Below are positions 49,107 through 58,858 of a stretch of 64,000 bases of DNA, in pieces. The notes below the pieces were generated by a model that made no database searches, had not been told where the DNA came from, and was given only the letters and a program-made list of their open reading frames with translations. Position 1 is the stretch's first letter, and each line of letters opens with the position of its first letter. The stretch spans positions 3,872,001 through 3,936,000 of the forward strand of contig OZ242180.1 in assembly GCA_965205485.1 (NCBI GenBank). The letters are read 5' to 3'. The translations under genes and the position numbers were made by a program. The stretch comes from Candidatus Latescibacterota bacterium (GTDB taxonomy: Bacteria > Latescibacterota > UBA2968 > GCA-2709665).

Positions 49107-49907
49107 ATGCGACAGATTCTCGTTTTTCTGGCACTTGCCATGGCGGGCACCGCATCTGCAGGAGAAATGACCGATGGTTTGACCATTACCGGCGGTCAGA
49201 ATTCGTTCGCACGTCTGACGATTGAGCGGGCGGACGCGCCGGACACCGAACATGGAGTCCTGAAGTTGCGTGTTTCGCTTGTTCAGGCCAAAAACCTGAA
49301 GGGGTACGGATTCTCGCTGAACTACGACGAGGGAAAATACGAATTTATCGAAGCCAGGGAGATCGACGGCAACCTGCTGTCGTCCCGGTCTGAACGGAAT
49401 ACGCTCTTCCTTTCCTCTAGCCGGACGCCCGGCAAACTGGATATCGGCGCCATGAAGGTCGACGGCGAGGGGGCCAGCGGCGACGGTGGTCTCGTCGAGC
49501 TCGTCTTCAAAACGACTGAAACCCCGCTGCCAACGGATTTCCAGGTGGCTGAAGGCGTTCTGGTCGGGCTCGATGGAAATATCGATATGCTCACCCAAAT
49601 AGAAATCGGAAACCTGAAACCGTTGCCCGACCGAACGGACCTGAGCCAGAATATGCCGAATCCTTTCAACCCCTCCACAACGATCGAGTATCAGATCGCG
49701 GAGGCCGGACAGGTCAGATTGGCCATCTACAATCTCCTCGGGCAGGAGGTGCGTATTCTGGTGGACACGCGTAACGAAGCGGGCCACTATACGGCAACCT
49801 GGGATGGCAAGGACCAGCTCGGAAGGCAGGTCGCCAGCGGGATCTACCTGTACCGTCTGCAGGCTGCGAATTTCTCCGCGTCCAGGCGGATGATGCTGTT
49901 GAAATGA
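49107..49907 (+). CDS. Secreted protein: cohesin-like domain plus C-terminal FlgD-Ig/T9SS type-A-like domain
   Basis: Signal peptide (ASA-G); NLKGYGFSLNYD...SGDGGLVELVF; L.QN.PNPFNPST.I.Y...IYN.LGQ.VR...WDG.D..G..VASGIY.YRL...LLK. Confidence 0.88.
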   Translation: MRQILVFLALAMAGTASAGEMTDGLTITGGQNSFARLTIERADAPDTEHGVLKLRVSLVQAKNLKGYGFSLNYDEGKYEFIEAREIDGNLLSSRSERNTLFLSSSRTPGKLDIGAMKVDGEGASGDGGLVELVFKTTETPLPTDFQVAEGVLVGLDGNIDMLTQIEIGNLKPLPDRTDLSQNMPNPFNPSTTIEYQIAEAGQVRLAIYNLLGQEVRILVDTRNEAGHYTATWDGKDQLGRQVASGIYLYRLQAANFSASRRMMLLK

Positions 49908-49929
49908 CATCATTGGTGTGGCGCTGCAA

Positions 49930-49966
49930 AAGAGAGGTCGCCTCTATGCCGGAGGCGGCCTTTCTT
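49930..49966 (+). terminator. Intrinsic terminator
   Basis: AAGAGAGGTCGCCTC...GAGGCGGCCTTTCTT hairpin followed by a T-rich tail. Confidence 0.7.
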
Positions 49967-50134
49967 GTTCTGCGACGGGTGTAAATATCGTCGGTCGGGA
50001 ATGCGACGGGGATGCCCCGGTTCCCCCTGCGAGCACGATTATGTGAATGCCCTCCCTGTCTCGGGGCGCGTTCTCTACTGTTCTGCAAAGCGCCTGACTT
50101 CGACGGCCGGCATGAAGAAGGAGTTGAGGTCATT

Positions 50135-51766
50135 ATGAACGCTTCCGGGTTGCGGGAGAATTGCGGTATTGTTTTGGTGGGCCTGTTGCCGTGGCTTTCC
50201 GGTGCCGTTGCGGACGTTTCGGGCAGCGAAGTTGCGAGGGCTCCGACGGTCAATGCCGGGAGTCGCATCACGGTCGAACTGTTCGTGATGGCGCACTGTC
50301 CGTACGGGATGCGGGCGGAAGCCGCCCTTGCGCCAACCGTCGAGGCATTTGGCGAAAGCATCGACTTCCGCCTGCATTTCATCGCTCAGGAGGCCGGAAA
50401 GGACCCCGAGCCCGCCGGTCCGATCAGACCGCTCATGCCGCTCCGGAGCCGCAGCGAATCCTGCGAATCCAGCGCCGTATCCGGTTCCGGCCCATTCCTG
50501 AGTCTGCATGGCGACGCCGAAGTGGAGGAGGGAGTCCGGCAGGTCGTGATGATGAATTTGTATCCCGACCGTTTCTATGACTATATTCTGGACAGAAATG
50601 AAAACATGGCGTCTCCGGATTGGCAGACCAGCGCCACCCGGGCAGGAATCGATGCGGAACGGGTGGCGGAAATTGCCTCCGGCGCAAAGGGCGAGACGCT
50701 TTTCCGCGAGAACATCCGGAGGGCGATTCAGCTGGGTGTCAGAGCGTCACCGACCCTTTACGTGAACGGTATGGAAGTTAAAGGTGGAATTGAAACGCAG
50801 GGCCTGGCCCGCCGTATCTGCGGTCTGGACAGCCTGGCGGGCCCCTGCGCTTCCGTGCCCGTTTGCGGAACGGACCGGGATTGTGTGTCGCCGGGACGGG
50901 TGGGCGTCTGCGTTAACCCCGGGAAGCCCGCGGCGTCGTGCAGGTTCAGCAATCCCGTTGTCTTCAGGATGACGGTCCTGAACGATACCCTATGCGACCT
51001 TTGCGACCCGGCATTGTTCGTCCGGTCCACGCGAGAACTGTTCCCCGGCGTGGACGTTCAGACGCTCAATGTACATTCCCGCCGGGGGAGGATGCTGGTG
51101 GACCGGTTTCAGGTCGACCGGGTGCCGGCGTTTATCCTCGACGTGGAATTTGAGAAGACGGCCCGATTTCGACGATTTGCAAATGCCGTCTATTCGATTC
51201 GCGGCAGTTACATGCCAAGGCCCGTACTCGTACCTGTGTCCCGGCTGATGGGCAGGAAGGCGGACCCGGGCCGAATGGATTTCTTCTTTGCGGGGGCGTC
51301 TCCGGCGACGGGGCGTGTCGCCGGAGACCTGCAGTCCTGGCTGGATGCCGTCGATGCCCGGGAACGTCTGCGCCTCCATCCGATGGGGCAGGATGAAAAC
51401 GCGTTCCCCGGCCTGTGTGTCCGTCAGCTCTATCCCGATCGGTACCGGGCCTTTGCAATGTGCGTTTTCCGGGGCGCTTCGAAACGCGGAGGCAGGGAAT
51501 CCTACGCCGCCTGTCTGAGACAGCAGGAGATCGACGTCAAACGTATCGGGCGTTGCGTCGAAGCCGATGGCGCCGCCCTGGCTGCGCGGTCCCGGGTTTC
51601 GGCGCGTAGAGCGGGGATGGACCCGTCGATGAGTCCTTCATTATTGCTGGACGGCCGATTCGTCGTCACGAGCAGGATGCTTCCGCAGGCCCGCGACTTG
51701 TTCTACCGGCTGAACCCGGAGCTCCTTGATCGGGACAAGGCATATATGGAGAACAGGAAGAAGTGA
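50135..51766 (+). CDS. Cys-rich multidomain thioredoxin-fold (DsbA/GILT-like) protein, probably exported
   Basis: VELFVMAHCPYG, SLHG..EV.E..RQ, GV.ASPTLYVNG and CDLC motifs, plus a degenerate C-terminal Trx-like repeat. Confidence 0.72.
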   Translation: MNASGLRENCGIVLVGLLPWLSGAVADVSGSEVARAPTVNAGSRITVELFVMAHCPYGMRAEAALAPTVEAFGESIDFRLHFIAQEAGKDPEPAGPIRPLMPLRSRSESCESSAVSGSGPFLSLHGDAEVEEGVRQVVMMNLYPDRFYDYILDRNENMASPDWQTSATRAGIDAERVAEIASGAKGETLFRENIRRAIQLGVRASPTLYVNGMEVKGGIETQGLARRICGLDSLAGPCASVPVCGTDRDCVSPGRVGVCVNPGKPAASCRFSNPVVFRMTVLNDTLCDLCDPALFVRSTRELFPGVDVQTLNVHSRRGRMLVDRFQVDRVPAFILDVEFEKTARFRRFANAVYSIRGSYMPRPVLVPVSRLMGRKADPGRMDFFFAGASPATGRVAGDLQSWLDAVDARERLRLHPMGQDENAFPGLCVRQLYPDRYRAFAMCVFRGASKRGGRESYAACLRQQEIDVKRIGRCVEADGAALAARSRVSARRAGMDPSMSPSLLLDGRFVVTSRMLPQARDLFYRLNPELLDRDKAYMENRKK

Positions 51767-51787
51767 GCCCCCTGGAGGCCCGTGACC

Positions 51788-52531
51788 ATGCATCGCTTAC
51801 TCGGCGCCGCATTGCCGGCGCTCTGGCTGGCGGTTTGCGCCGGATGTAGCGCGGATTCAACGGATGGACGGAAGGTGTCGGCGGATGAGGAGGCGCGGTT
51901 TCTCATTATGCGCAAGAGGATGGTAAAAATACAGATCGAGCGTCGCGGGATCAGTGAACCGCGAGTTCTGAATGCATTGCTCGGGGTGCCGCGACACCTG
52001 TTCGTGCCCGAACACCTCGTGGATCGCGCGTATGACGACGGCGCGCTGCCCATTGGCGAGGACCAGACGATATCCCAGCCGTATATTGTGGCGAAGATGA
52101 CTGAATTGCTGGACCTTAAGGGCGACGAGACTGTACTTGAGGTGGGAACCGGGTCGGGTTACCAGGCGGCCGTTCTGGCAAAGCTCGTGCGTGAGGTATA
52201 TACCATTGAAATCGTCCCGGCGCTTGCCCGGACGGCAAAGGAGCGACTCAGGCGCATGGGATACGACAACATCAGCGTCCGCCTTGGTGACGGGTACCGC
52301 GGGTGGGACGAACATGCGCCTTTCGACGCGGTGATCGTGACAGCGGCGCCCGACCATATTCCGCCCATGCTCGTCGAACAGCTCCGGGAAGGCGGGCGCA
52401 TGGTGATACCCGTCGGCACCGTCAATCAATATCTGACCTTACTCGTCAAGGAGCAGGATGGCGTGAGGGAAGAACGGGTCATACCCGTCCGGTTTGTTCC
52501 GATGACGGGAGAGGCACAGGCAAAGGAGTAA
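51788..52531 (+). CDS. pcm: Protein-L-isoaspartate O-methyltransferase with an N-terminal lipoprotein-like signal
   Basis: VPRHLFVP, QTISQPY, VLEVGTGSGYQ, APFDAVIVTAA and VRFVPM motifs. Confidence 0.95.
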   Translation: MHRLLGAALPALWLAVCAGCSADSTDGRKVSADEEARFLIMRKRMVKIQIERRGISEPRVLNALLGVPRHLFVPEHLVDRAYDDGALPIGEDQTISQPYIVAKMTELLDLKGDETVLEVGTGSGYQAAVLAKLVREVYTIEIVPALARTAKERLRRMGYDNISVRLGDGYRGWDEHAPFDAVIVTAAPDHIPPMLVEQLREGGRMVIPVGTVNQYLTLLVKEQDGVREERVIPVRFVPMTGEAQAKE

Positions 52532-52543
52532 GGAGGGCTCTAC

Positions 52544-52720
52544 TTGATCACAATCTGGGGTATCGGTATTTCTCTGGTGTTCCTGCTGTGTTATCTTGGC
52601 CAGTCGGTTTCTTCCGGCATGGAAGGGCGGCGTGCGAAACTGCTCCAATGGGCGTGCTGGCTTGCGGCAAGCACCACCATGCTCTTCTGCTATCTGCTTA
52701 CCCGTTCAATTTCGCAATGA
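52544..52720 (+). CDS. Small two-TM membrane protein (58 aa), not in the ORF track
   Basis: AAGGAGG RBS, TTG start, MITIWGIGISLVFLLCYLG...LLQWACWLAASTTMLFCYLL. Stop overlaps the next ATG (ATGA). Confidence 0.65.
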   Translation: MITIWGIGISLVFLLCYLGQSVSSGMEGRRAKLLQWACWLAASTTMLFCYLLTRSISQ

Positions 52721-53232
52721 AATATCGGGAAATCAAACGGCACCTGGACAAACCGGATGCCGTTTTTGATTGTGAGTCCATTCTGCGCGCCCGCGATTAC
52801 GTGGTACTCAAATACGTGAACGCGCGACCCGGACGGGTGGGGGATCTGGAGATTCCCGCGGGGTCCGTAACGTACGGATACTACAGGCACGGGGCGGGTT
52901 ATGTGCTGTGGAAGATGTGCGATCCGGAAGCCAGGTTGCTGGGACATCTCTTCCACATTTGCAGGAATCTGAAGGTTGGCGATCACCACGTGGACTATGT
53001 CGACCTCATGCTGGACCTCTGGTTCGATCCGGCCGGTCGGCTTACGGTTCTCGATCGTGATGAACTGGAGACCTTCAGGCAGCGGGACGGTCTGAGCGGG
53101 CAGGATATGGAATGGATTTCAAAGCAGGAATGTACAATTTCCGGCAACTTCGCCCGGATTCTGGAGGACTTCGACGCCATTCTCGCCCCGGCGCAGGCCG
53201 GCTCAACCTCCGCGCGAATTCCTTTCGCCTGA
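52717..53232 (+). CDS. DUF402 family protein
   Basis: DYVDL.LDLW..P.G...VLD.DEL motif. Start trimmed to MKYREIK. Confidence 0.8.
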   Translation: MKYREIKRHLDKPDAVFDCESILRARDYVVLKYVNARPGRVGDLEIPAGSVTYGYYRHGAGYVLWKMCDPEARLLGHLFHICRNLKVGDHHVDYVDLMLDLWFDPAGRLTVLDRDELETFRQRDGLSGQDMEWISKQECTISGNFARILEDFDAILAPAQAGSTSARIPFA

Positions 53233-54099
53233 AGACAGACCCTGGCAGGTTCTTTTCAGGTATTCGCGGAAAGATTCGCCGATATCGGGGTGGGTCAGGG
53301 CAAACGAAACGGTTGTCTGAAGATACGAGAGCAGGTCGCCAACCGTGTGCCAGTCCCCTTCGACCGCACACGCGTAAACGGAGCGGGATTGAACCATCAG
53401 TTGAATGGCATCGGTGAGTTGGTACTCCCCGCTGTCGGCCGGCGGGATCCGATTCAGAAAATCGAAAATGTCGGGCTCGAAGATATACCGGCCGAGGCAA
53501 GCGAGATTCGAGGGCGCCCGTGCCGGTTCCGGCTTTTCCACGAGTTCCTTGACAAGGCGTGCTCCATCGATTGATTCGGCCCGGACCACGCCATAGCTGC
53601 CGACGCGTTCCCTTGCCACTTCCTTTACCGCCAGAATTGGCGCGCCGAGTCTGGAATACGCGTCCGTCAGCTGCCCGATGCACGGAGTTTCCGATACCAC
53701 CAGGTCGTCTCCGAATAACACGGCGAACGGCTCGTCGCCCACGTGTCTTCGGGCCTTGAGGACGGCATGGCCGGTTCCCAGAAGTTCTCTCTGTCGAAGA
53801 TAGTGGATGTCGGCAAGTTGCTCGATGCGTTCAAGGGTTGCCAGCATCGAGCGGTCGTCCCGCTTCGCCAGGGCGTCCCGGATCTCGACACTGCGGTCGA
53901 AGTGATCTTCGATCGCCCGTTTTCCCCTGCCCGTGATGATCAGAATGTCTTCGATGCCGGCTTCGACCAACTCTTCGATGATGTACTGTATGGCCGGTTT
54001 GTCGACCACAGGCATCATCTCTTTGGGCAGGGCTTTGGTGGCCGGCAACATCCGGCTGCCGTGGCCGGCAGCCGCAATAACCGCTTTGCGGATATTCAA
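53203..54099 (-). CDS. galU: UTP-glucose-1-phosphate uridylyltransferase
   Basis: RKAVI.AAG.G.RMLPATKA.PKEM, KRAIEDHFD, VEKP and GEYQLTDA motifs. TTG start after GGAGG. Confidence 0.95.
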   Translation of the reverse strand: MNIRKAVIAAAGHGSRMLPATKALPKEMMPVVDKPAIQYIIEELVEAGIEDILIITGRGKRAIEDHFDRSVEIRDALAKRDDRSMLATLERIEQLADIHYLRQRELLGTGHAVLKARRHVGDEPFAVLFGDDLVVSETPCIGQLTDAYSRLGAPILAVKEVARERVGSYGVVRAESIDGARLVKELVEKPEPARAPSNLACLGRYIFEPDIFDFLNRIPPADSGEYQLTDAIQLMVQSRSVYACAVEGDWHTVGDLLSYLQTTVSFALTHPDIGESFREYLKRTCQGLSSGERNSRGG

Positions 54100-54229
54100 A
54101 GACAACCTCCGATGTGGTGCGGCAAATAAGTAAGTGCTTAACATATATCGGTTTAAAAAAGGAATGTTGTTGTATTCTTGTCAAGTGGATTCTGCCTTAC
54201 CCGCCACCTGAACCTGGCCTGCAAAGCGC

Positions 54230-54258
54230 TTGACATCGGGCGCGCATTGGGTTATTTT
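54230..54258 (+). promoter_or_regulatory. Sigma70-like promoter for purN-mreBC
   Basis: TTGACA-17nt-TATTTT. Confidence 0.55.
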
Positions 54259-54369
54259 GGTTTGGCCGAGTCACTTGTCTCCCCGTCCCCCCGGCATGTG
54301 ACTTCCCGCTTTTCTATATCTTCCCCGCCGGATTATCTGTTGCAGAGTCAGCCATCGGAATGAATTCCC

Positions 54370-55032
54370 GTGTCGCAATGTGGAGCAGCGATCCCGACCG
54401 GAAGGAATGCCGTCTATTGCCTGGGCGTACTCGCCTCGGGGGGAGGGACCAATCTGCAGGCGATACTCAACCGGGCCGCTGCGGGACGGCTCCCGGCGCG
54501 CGTGGGCGTTGTAATCGGCAATAATAGCAGATCCGGCGCGCTTGCCCGGGCCAGGCGGGCTGGCATTCCCGCGATTCACCTCAGCGGGAGGACGCACCCG
54601 AAACCCGGGTCCCTCGACCGTGCGATCGCTGAAACGCTCTGGACGCACGGCGTCGATCTGGTGGTTCTTGCAGGTTATATGAAGAAACTGGGCCCGGCGA
54701 CGCTCGAAATGTACAGAAACCGTATCGTCAATATACACCCCGCGCTTCTTCCGGCATTCGGCGGCAAGGGTATGTACGGAGAGCGCGTCCACGAAGCTGT
54801 CGTAAGAAGCGGCGCGCAGGTCTCCGGAGCGACCGTCCATCTTGTGGACGAGGAATACGACACCGGTCCGATTGTCCTGCAGCAGAAAATACACGTCACG
54901 CCCGATGATACGTCGGAATCCCTGGCAGGCAAAGTACTGGCCGTCGAGCACGAGTTGTATGCCGAAGCGATTCGTCTGTTCGCGGAGGGAAGAATCAGGG
55001 TCGATGGCCGGACGGTTCGAATACTGAATTAG
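54370..55032 (+). CDS. purN: Phosphoribosylglycinamide formyltransferase
   Basis: LASGGGTNLQA, LAGYM, NIHPALLP and GATVHLV.EEYDTGPI motifs. Start uncertain. Confidence 0.96.
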   Translation: MSQCGAAIPTGRNAVYCLGVLASGGGTNLQAILNRAAAGRLPARVGVVIGNNSRSGALARARRAGIPAIHLSGRTHPKPGSLDRAIAETLWTHGVDLVVLAGYMKKLGPATLEMYRNRIVNIHPALLPAFGGKGMYGERVHEAVVRSGAQVSGATVHLVDEEYDTGPIVLQQKIHVTPDDTSESLAGKVLAVEHELYAEAIRLFAEGRIRVDGRTVRILN

Positions 55033-55048
55033 AGGAGGAAATACGTCC

Positions 55049-55195
55049 ATGGCGACGGACCGAATCTCGGCATTTGACCGCGTCGCGTCCAACGGTTTAT
55101 CCGGAAAAGGCGCTATTGTGACGGAGATGTCCCTCTTCTGGTTCGAGAAGACCCTGGACAGGTATCGCGACGTTCGAGGTCGATTGCTCGGCTAA
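55049..55195 (+). pseudogene. purC: Internally deleted purC (SAICAR synthetase) remnant, 48-aa ORF
   Basis: MATDRISAFDRVASNGLSGKGAIVTEMSLFWFE matches the PurC N-terminal motif; KTLDRYRDVRGRLLG resembles the PurC C-terminal helix. Confidence 0.75.
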
Positions 55196-55216
55196 TCCGT
55201 TAGGAAACGAACCGAT

Positions 55217-56236
55217 ATGGCACTTTTTCTATCCAGACTGCTGTCCAACGACATAGGTATCGATCTCGGCACGGCCAATACCCTGGTTTATGTCAAGGGT
55301 CAGAATATCGTGGTCGACGAGCCATCGGTGGTGGCGCTGGATCGCAATTCCCACAAACCACTTGCCATTGGCTCCCACGCCAAGCAGATGATGGGGCGAC
55401 AGAACCCGGATATTGACGTCATACGTCCTCTGCGGAACGGGGTCATTGCCGATTTCGACGTGACGGAAGAGATGCTTAGGCATTTCATTCGAAAGGTTCA
55501 GAAGAACAGGCTCCTCGTACGCCCGCGGATCGTGATCTGCGTGCCTTCGGGGGTGACTGCCGTGGAAATGCGGGCGGTCAGGGAATCCGCGGAGCGCGCG
55601 GGCGCCCGCGAGGTATATATCATTACGGAGCCGATGGCCGCAGCAATAGGTATCGGGCTGCCCGTCGAAGAGGCGATGGGGTCGATGGTTATCGACATCG
55701 GAGGCGGGACCACCGAGATCGCGGTGATTGCCCTTTCGGGTATCGTGACCTCACGGTCAATCAAAACAGCGGGCGACGGGATGAACCAGGCCATCATCAC
55801 GATGCTGAGACGAAAACACAACCTTCTGGTCGGAGAACGGAGCGCGGAGCAGATCAAATGTGAGATCGGTTCCGCCGGGAAGCTGGACAGTGAATTCCAG
55901 CATCCGTGCCGGGGCCTGGATACGGTCTCCTTCATCCCAAAGACAATCATCGTCGACTCGGTGGAGATTCGGGAGGCGCTGAACGGTACGGTGAGTTCCA
56001 TTCTGGAAGCGGTGCGGCAGACCCTGGAGCAGACGCCGCCCGAACTGGCCGCCGACATTCTGGACAGGGGCATCATCATGACGGGCGGTGGGGCGCTGCT
56101 GCGGGGACTGGACCGCAGGCTGATGGAAGAAACGGGCCTGCCCGTAATCGTGGCGGACGACCCGCTCACGTGTGTTGTTCGCGGTACGGGACGTGTTCTT
56201 GAGAATATCGACCAGTATCAGAAGATGCTTTTGTAG
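55217..56236 (+). CDS. mreB: Rod shape-determining protein MreB
   Basis: IGIDLGTANT, EPMAAAIG, DIGGGTTE and TGGGALL motifs. Confidence 0.98.
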   Translation: MALFLSRLLSNDIGIDLGTANTLVYVKGQNIVVDEPSVVALDRNSHKPLAIGSHAKQMMGRQNPDIDVIRPLRNGVIADFDVTEEMLRHFIRKVQKNRLLVRPRIVICVPSGVTAVEMRAVRESAERAGAREVYIITEPMAAAIGIGLPVEEAMGSMVIDIGGGTTEIAVIALSGIVTSRSIKTAGDGMNQAIITMLRRKHNLLVGERSAEQIKCEIGSAGKLDSEFQHPCRGLDTVSFIPKTIIVDSVEIREALNGTVSSILEAVRQTLEQTPPELAADILDRGIIMTGGGALLRGLDRRLMEETGLPVIVADDPLTCVVRGTGRVLENIDQYQKMLL

Positions 56237-56258
56237 TCGATAATGGTTTGGATGACCG

Positions 56259-57068
56259 ATGCAGTGGCTGTTTGTCTTTTTGCGCGGGCACCATGCCTAT
56301 GTCGTATTGGGCGTGGCTGTCCTTGTGTCGTTCAGTCTCATGGCCCTTGGCCGGTCTGATGGCGTGGCGTTGGCGAGGGGCATCGCGACCGGGCTGATGA
56401 AGGCCGGGCACGGGTTGTTCACCTGGCCGATGGAACTCTCCCGGCTTCGCAATGAGAATCAAGTTCTGCGGGATCAGAATCTGCGCATCTCGCTCGAATT
56501 GCTTGAACTCCGGGAAGCCCGGATGGAGAATCTCCGGCTTCGCGCATTACTCGACTTTCGAACAAAGGCGGTAGGCACCTATCTGGTGGCAAGGGTGGTC
56601 GCCCGGGACCCGAACCGCGTTCTGAACACGGTACTCCTGGATATGGGTGCGGCGGACGGGGTGGGGAAACGCATGCCGGTGGTTACTGCGGACGGGCTCG
56701 TCGGACGGGTGCTCGAGGTTCACCCGCGCACCGCAGTGGTTCAGTTGTTGCTGGATCGAAATTGCAGGGTGAGCGCGATCGTGCAGCGCGATGAACGGAC
56801 CTCGGGTATCGTGACGTGCGAAAACGGCAACTTTTTTCTCAAGCACGTGTCTGTGCGCAGCGAGGTCTCCGAGGGCGACAGGATCATCTCCTCGGGTCTG
56901 GGGGGCGTGTTTCCCAAGGGGCTTCTGATTGGTCTGGTCTCACGCGTGGGTGAACGCGATCAGGCGCTATTCAGGGAAGTCCAGCTGACTCCCAGCGTCA
57001 ATTTCTTCAATCTGGAGGAAGTCTTCGTCCTGAAATCCGTGGATGCGGAGGATGCGAGACCGGGTTGA
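56259..57068 (+). CDS. mreC: Rod shape-determining protein MreC
   Basis: TM plus coiled coil, EN.RLR.LL, GLVGRV and SSGLGGVFPKG motifs. Confidence 0.95.
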   Translation: MQWLFVFLRGHHAYVVLGVAVLVSFSLMALGRSDGVALARGIATGLMKAGHGLFTWPMELSRLRNENQVLRDQNLRISLELLELREARMENLRLRALLDFRTKAVGTYLVARVVARDPNRVLNTVLLDMGAADGVGKRMPVVTADGLVGRVLEVHPRTAVVQLLLDRNCRVSAIVQRDERTSGIVTCENGNFFLKHVSVRSEVSEGDRIISSGLGGVFPKGLLIGLVSRVGERDQALFREVQLTPSVNFFNLEEVFVLKSVDAEDARPG

Positions 57069-57109
57069 GCGAGCGCACCAGCCGCGGCGCTACCGTGCGC
57101 CGCGCCGCT

Positions 57110-58591
57110 TTACCCTTGCTCGGAACGGACCGCTTTCTTAATTTCCCTGAGGCGTTTGGCTTCAGGGGTTTTTTTATAGTGTGCATCCAGTGGAAAACAG
57201 CCCGATATCATCCCGTTCCTGGGCGCGGTCGTGCAGTCACTGAACGTCCGGCAGATTGCCCGGGTGTTCAATTCTCCTTTCCTGAGGACGTCCAGAGGAA
57301 GCTGTGGGTAGGAAAGGACCATCCTGCCCAGGCCGATAAAGTCAACCTGTTTGTCACGTACAAGCGCTTGAGCGACGTGCGGCAGGAATTCCTGAAGGTA
57401 AGAATAGCCCGTACCCACCACAATCAGGTCGGGATGCCGCGCCTTGATCCGCCGAACCACGTCGACCTGGCGCGCGACGCCAACGAGGGGATCTTCAGGA
57501 GGCTGATATCCGTCTGAAGGCGGATAATACGCGGGACGCTGAATGTGGGGGTTGTAATACGGGCTTCCGGCCGAAAGATTGACCAGCCTGATATCCAGAC
57601 GTTCTAACAAGTCGAGAAACTGATAGGGTTCGTTGAGGTCCGGGACCACGGGATTTTCAGGATTGGCGCCAAAACCGAAGGCATAGGGCAGACAGTGGTC
57701 GAAGTCTTCCGGTACGCCGGCGCCCTTCTTGTGACCGTCAGACCGTTTCGGATCCGGCCGGAAGGGAACGAAATCGAACGCGCTCAGTCGCACACCGATG
57801 CGGAGACCCGGAGCAACGGCCCGGATACCATGTACGACCTCACGGAGAAACCGGGTCCGGTTTTCAAGCGTGCCTCCATAGGGACCGACGCGCGTGACGG
57901 CGCTCAGGAATTCGTGCCCCAGATACCCGTGGCAATGTTTGATATCCACGAACTGGTAGCCCAGATCAGCCGCCATTCGCGCGGCTTTCACGTAGTCGTC
58001 TATAACGGATCGTATCTCCGCATCTGACATCACGGGGTGTTTCGGGTCCACGCCGAATCTGGCGTCCAGGATGGGATGCCTGTACAGGATTCTGGGTTCC
58101 ATCCCGCTCTTGAGCGTGGGCCGGCAGAACCGCCCCGAGTGCGTGAGTTGCAGACCGACCAGCAGGTCGTCCGTGCCGCCAACGTACTCTCGATGGGTTG
58201 CTCGAAGGAGTTCCAGCAGTTCGGCCAGGCCGCGTCGGGTATGTTCCGCCGCGTACAGCTGGTTGGGGTTTGCACGGGCTTCGGGTCGAACGGCAATTGC
58301 CTCCCCTCCCCAGATCAGTTTTGCCCCGCTGAGTCCGAAATGACGCCACCGGCGACGGGTGTAATCCGAAGGATTTCCATCGGAAAGCCCGTCCCATCCC
58401 TCCATCGGATGGATCGCAAACCGATTGCCGATGGATGCCGGGCCGAAAGGGAGGGGTTGTGCGAGTGGTGAATCGGGCGCCGTGAGGATGTCCCGGTCGC
58501 ATGGCAACGCCAGACAGAGGGCCTCGAGGCGTTTCTGAAAAGCCTCGATAGTCTTCAGGTGTCCAATGCGGACGATGTCTCCACCTGGCAT
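57110..58591 (-). CDS. NADH:flavin oxidoreductase (Old Yellow Enzyme-like)
   Basis: [27 protein letters not shown] and YGG.LENR.RF motifs. Start trimmed to MPGGD. Confidence 0.92.
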   Translation of the reverse strand: MPGGDIVRIGHLKTIEAFQKRLEALCLALPCDRDILTAPDSPLAQPLPFGPASIGNRFAIHPMEGWDGLSDGNPSDYTRRRWRHFGLSGAKLIWGGEAIAVRPEARANPNQLYAAEHTRRGLAELLELLRATHREYVGGTDDLLVGLQLTHSGRFCRPTLKSGMEPRILYRHPILDARFGVDPKHPVMSDAEIRSVIDDYVKAARMAADLGYQFVDIKHCHGYLGHEFLSAVTRVGPYGGTLENRTRFLREVVHGIRAVAPGLRIGVRLSAFDFVPFRPDPKRSDGHKKGAGVPEDFDHCLPYAFGFGANPENPVVPDLNEPYQFLDLLERLDIRLVNLSAGSPYYNPHIQRPAYYPPSDGYQPPEDPLVGVARQVDVVRRIKARHPDLIVVGTGYSYLQEFLPHVAQALVRDKQVDFIGLGRMVLSYPQLPLDVLRKGELNTRAICRTFSDCTTAPRNGMISGCFPLDAHYKKTPEAKRLREIKKAVRSEQG

Positions 58592-58858
58592 GAGATTGTC
58601 CCTGTTGCGGTGTCGCGTGGACGGGCTTCGTCGGCAACCGGCACGCCCGCGTTTCATCGGCCTCGATTCCGGTACCATTCTGAAATAAAGGCTGCAGAAT
58701 TCGGTGCGGGCGCCGGTTCGCGACGTTTGTGGTACCGTCCGGCAGGTCCGCCGGAGACCGTGCGGCCAGGTCCCCTGTTGCCGCCCGAGCGCGGGTGTTT
58801 CGAAATATAGTGAATCGCCAATGACGGCGCAAATCACCTGTTGGATCCGGAGGCGGGC

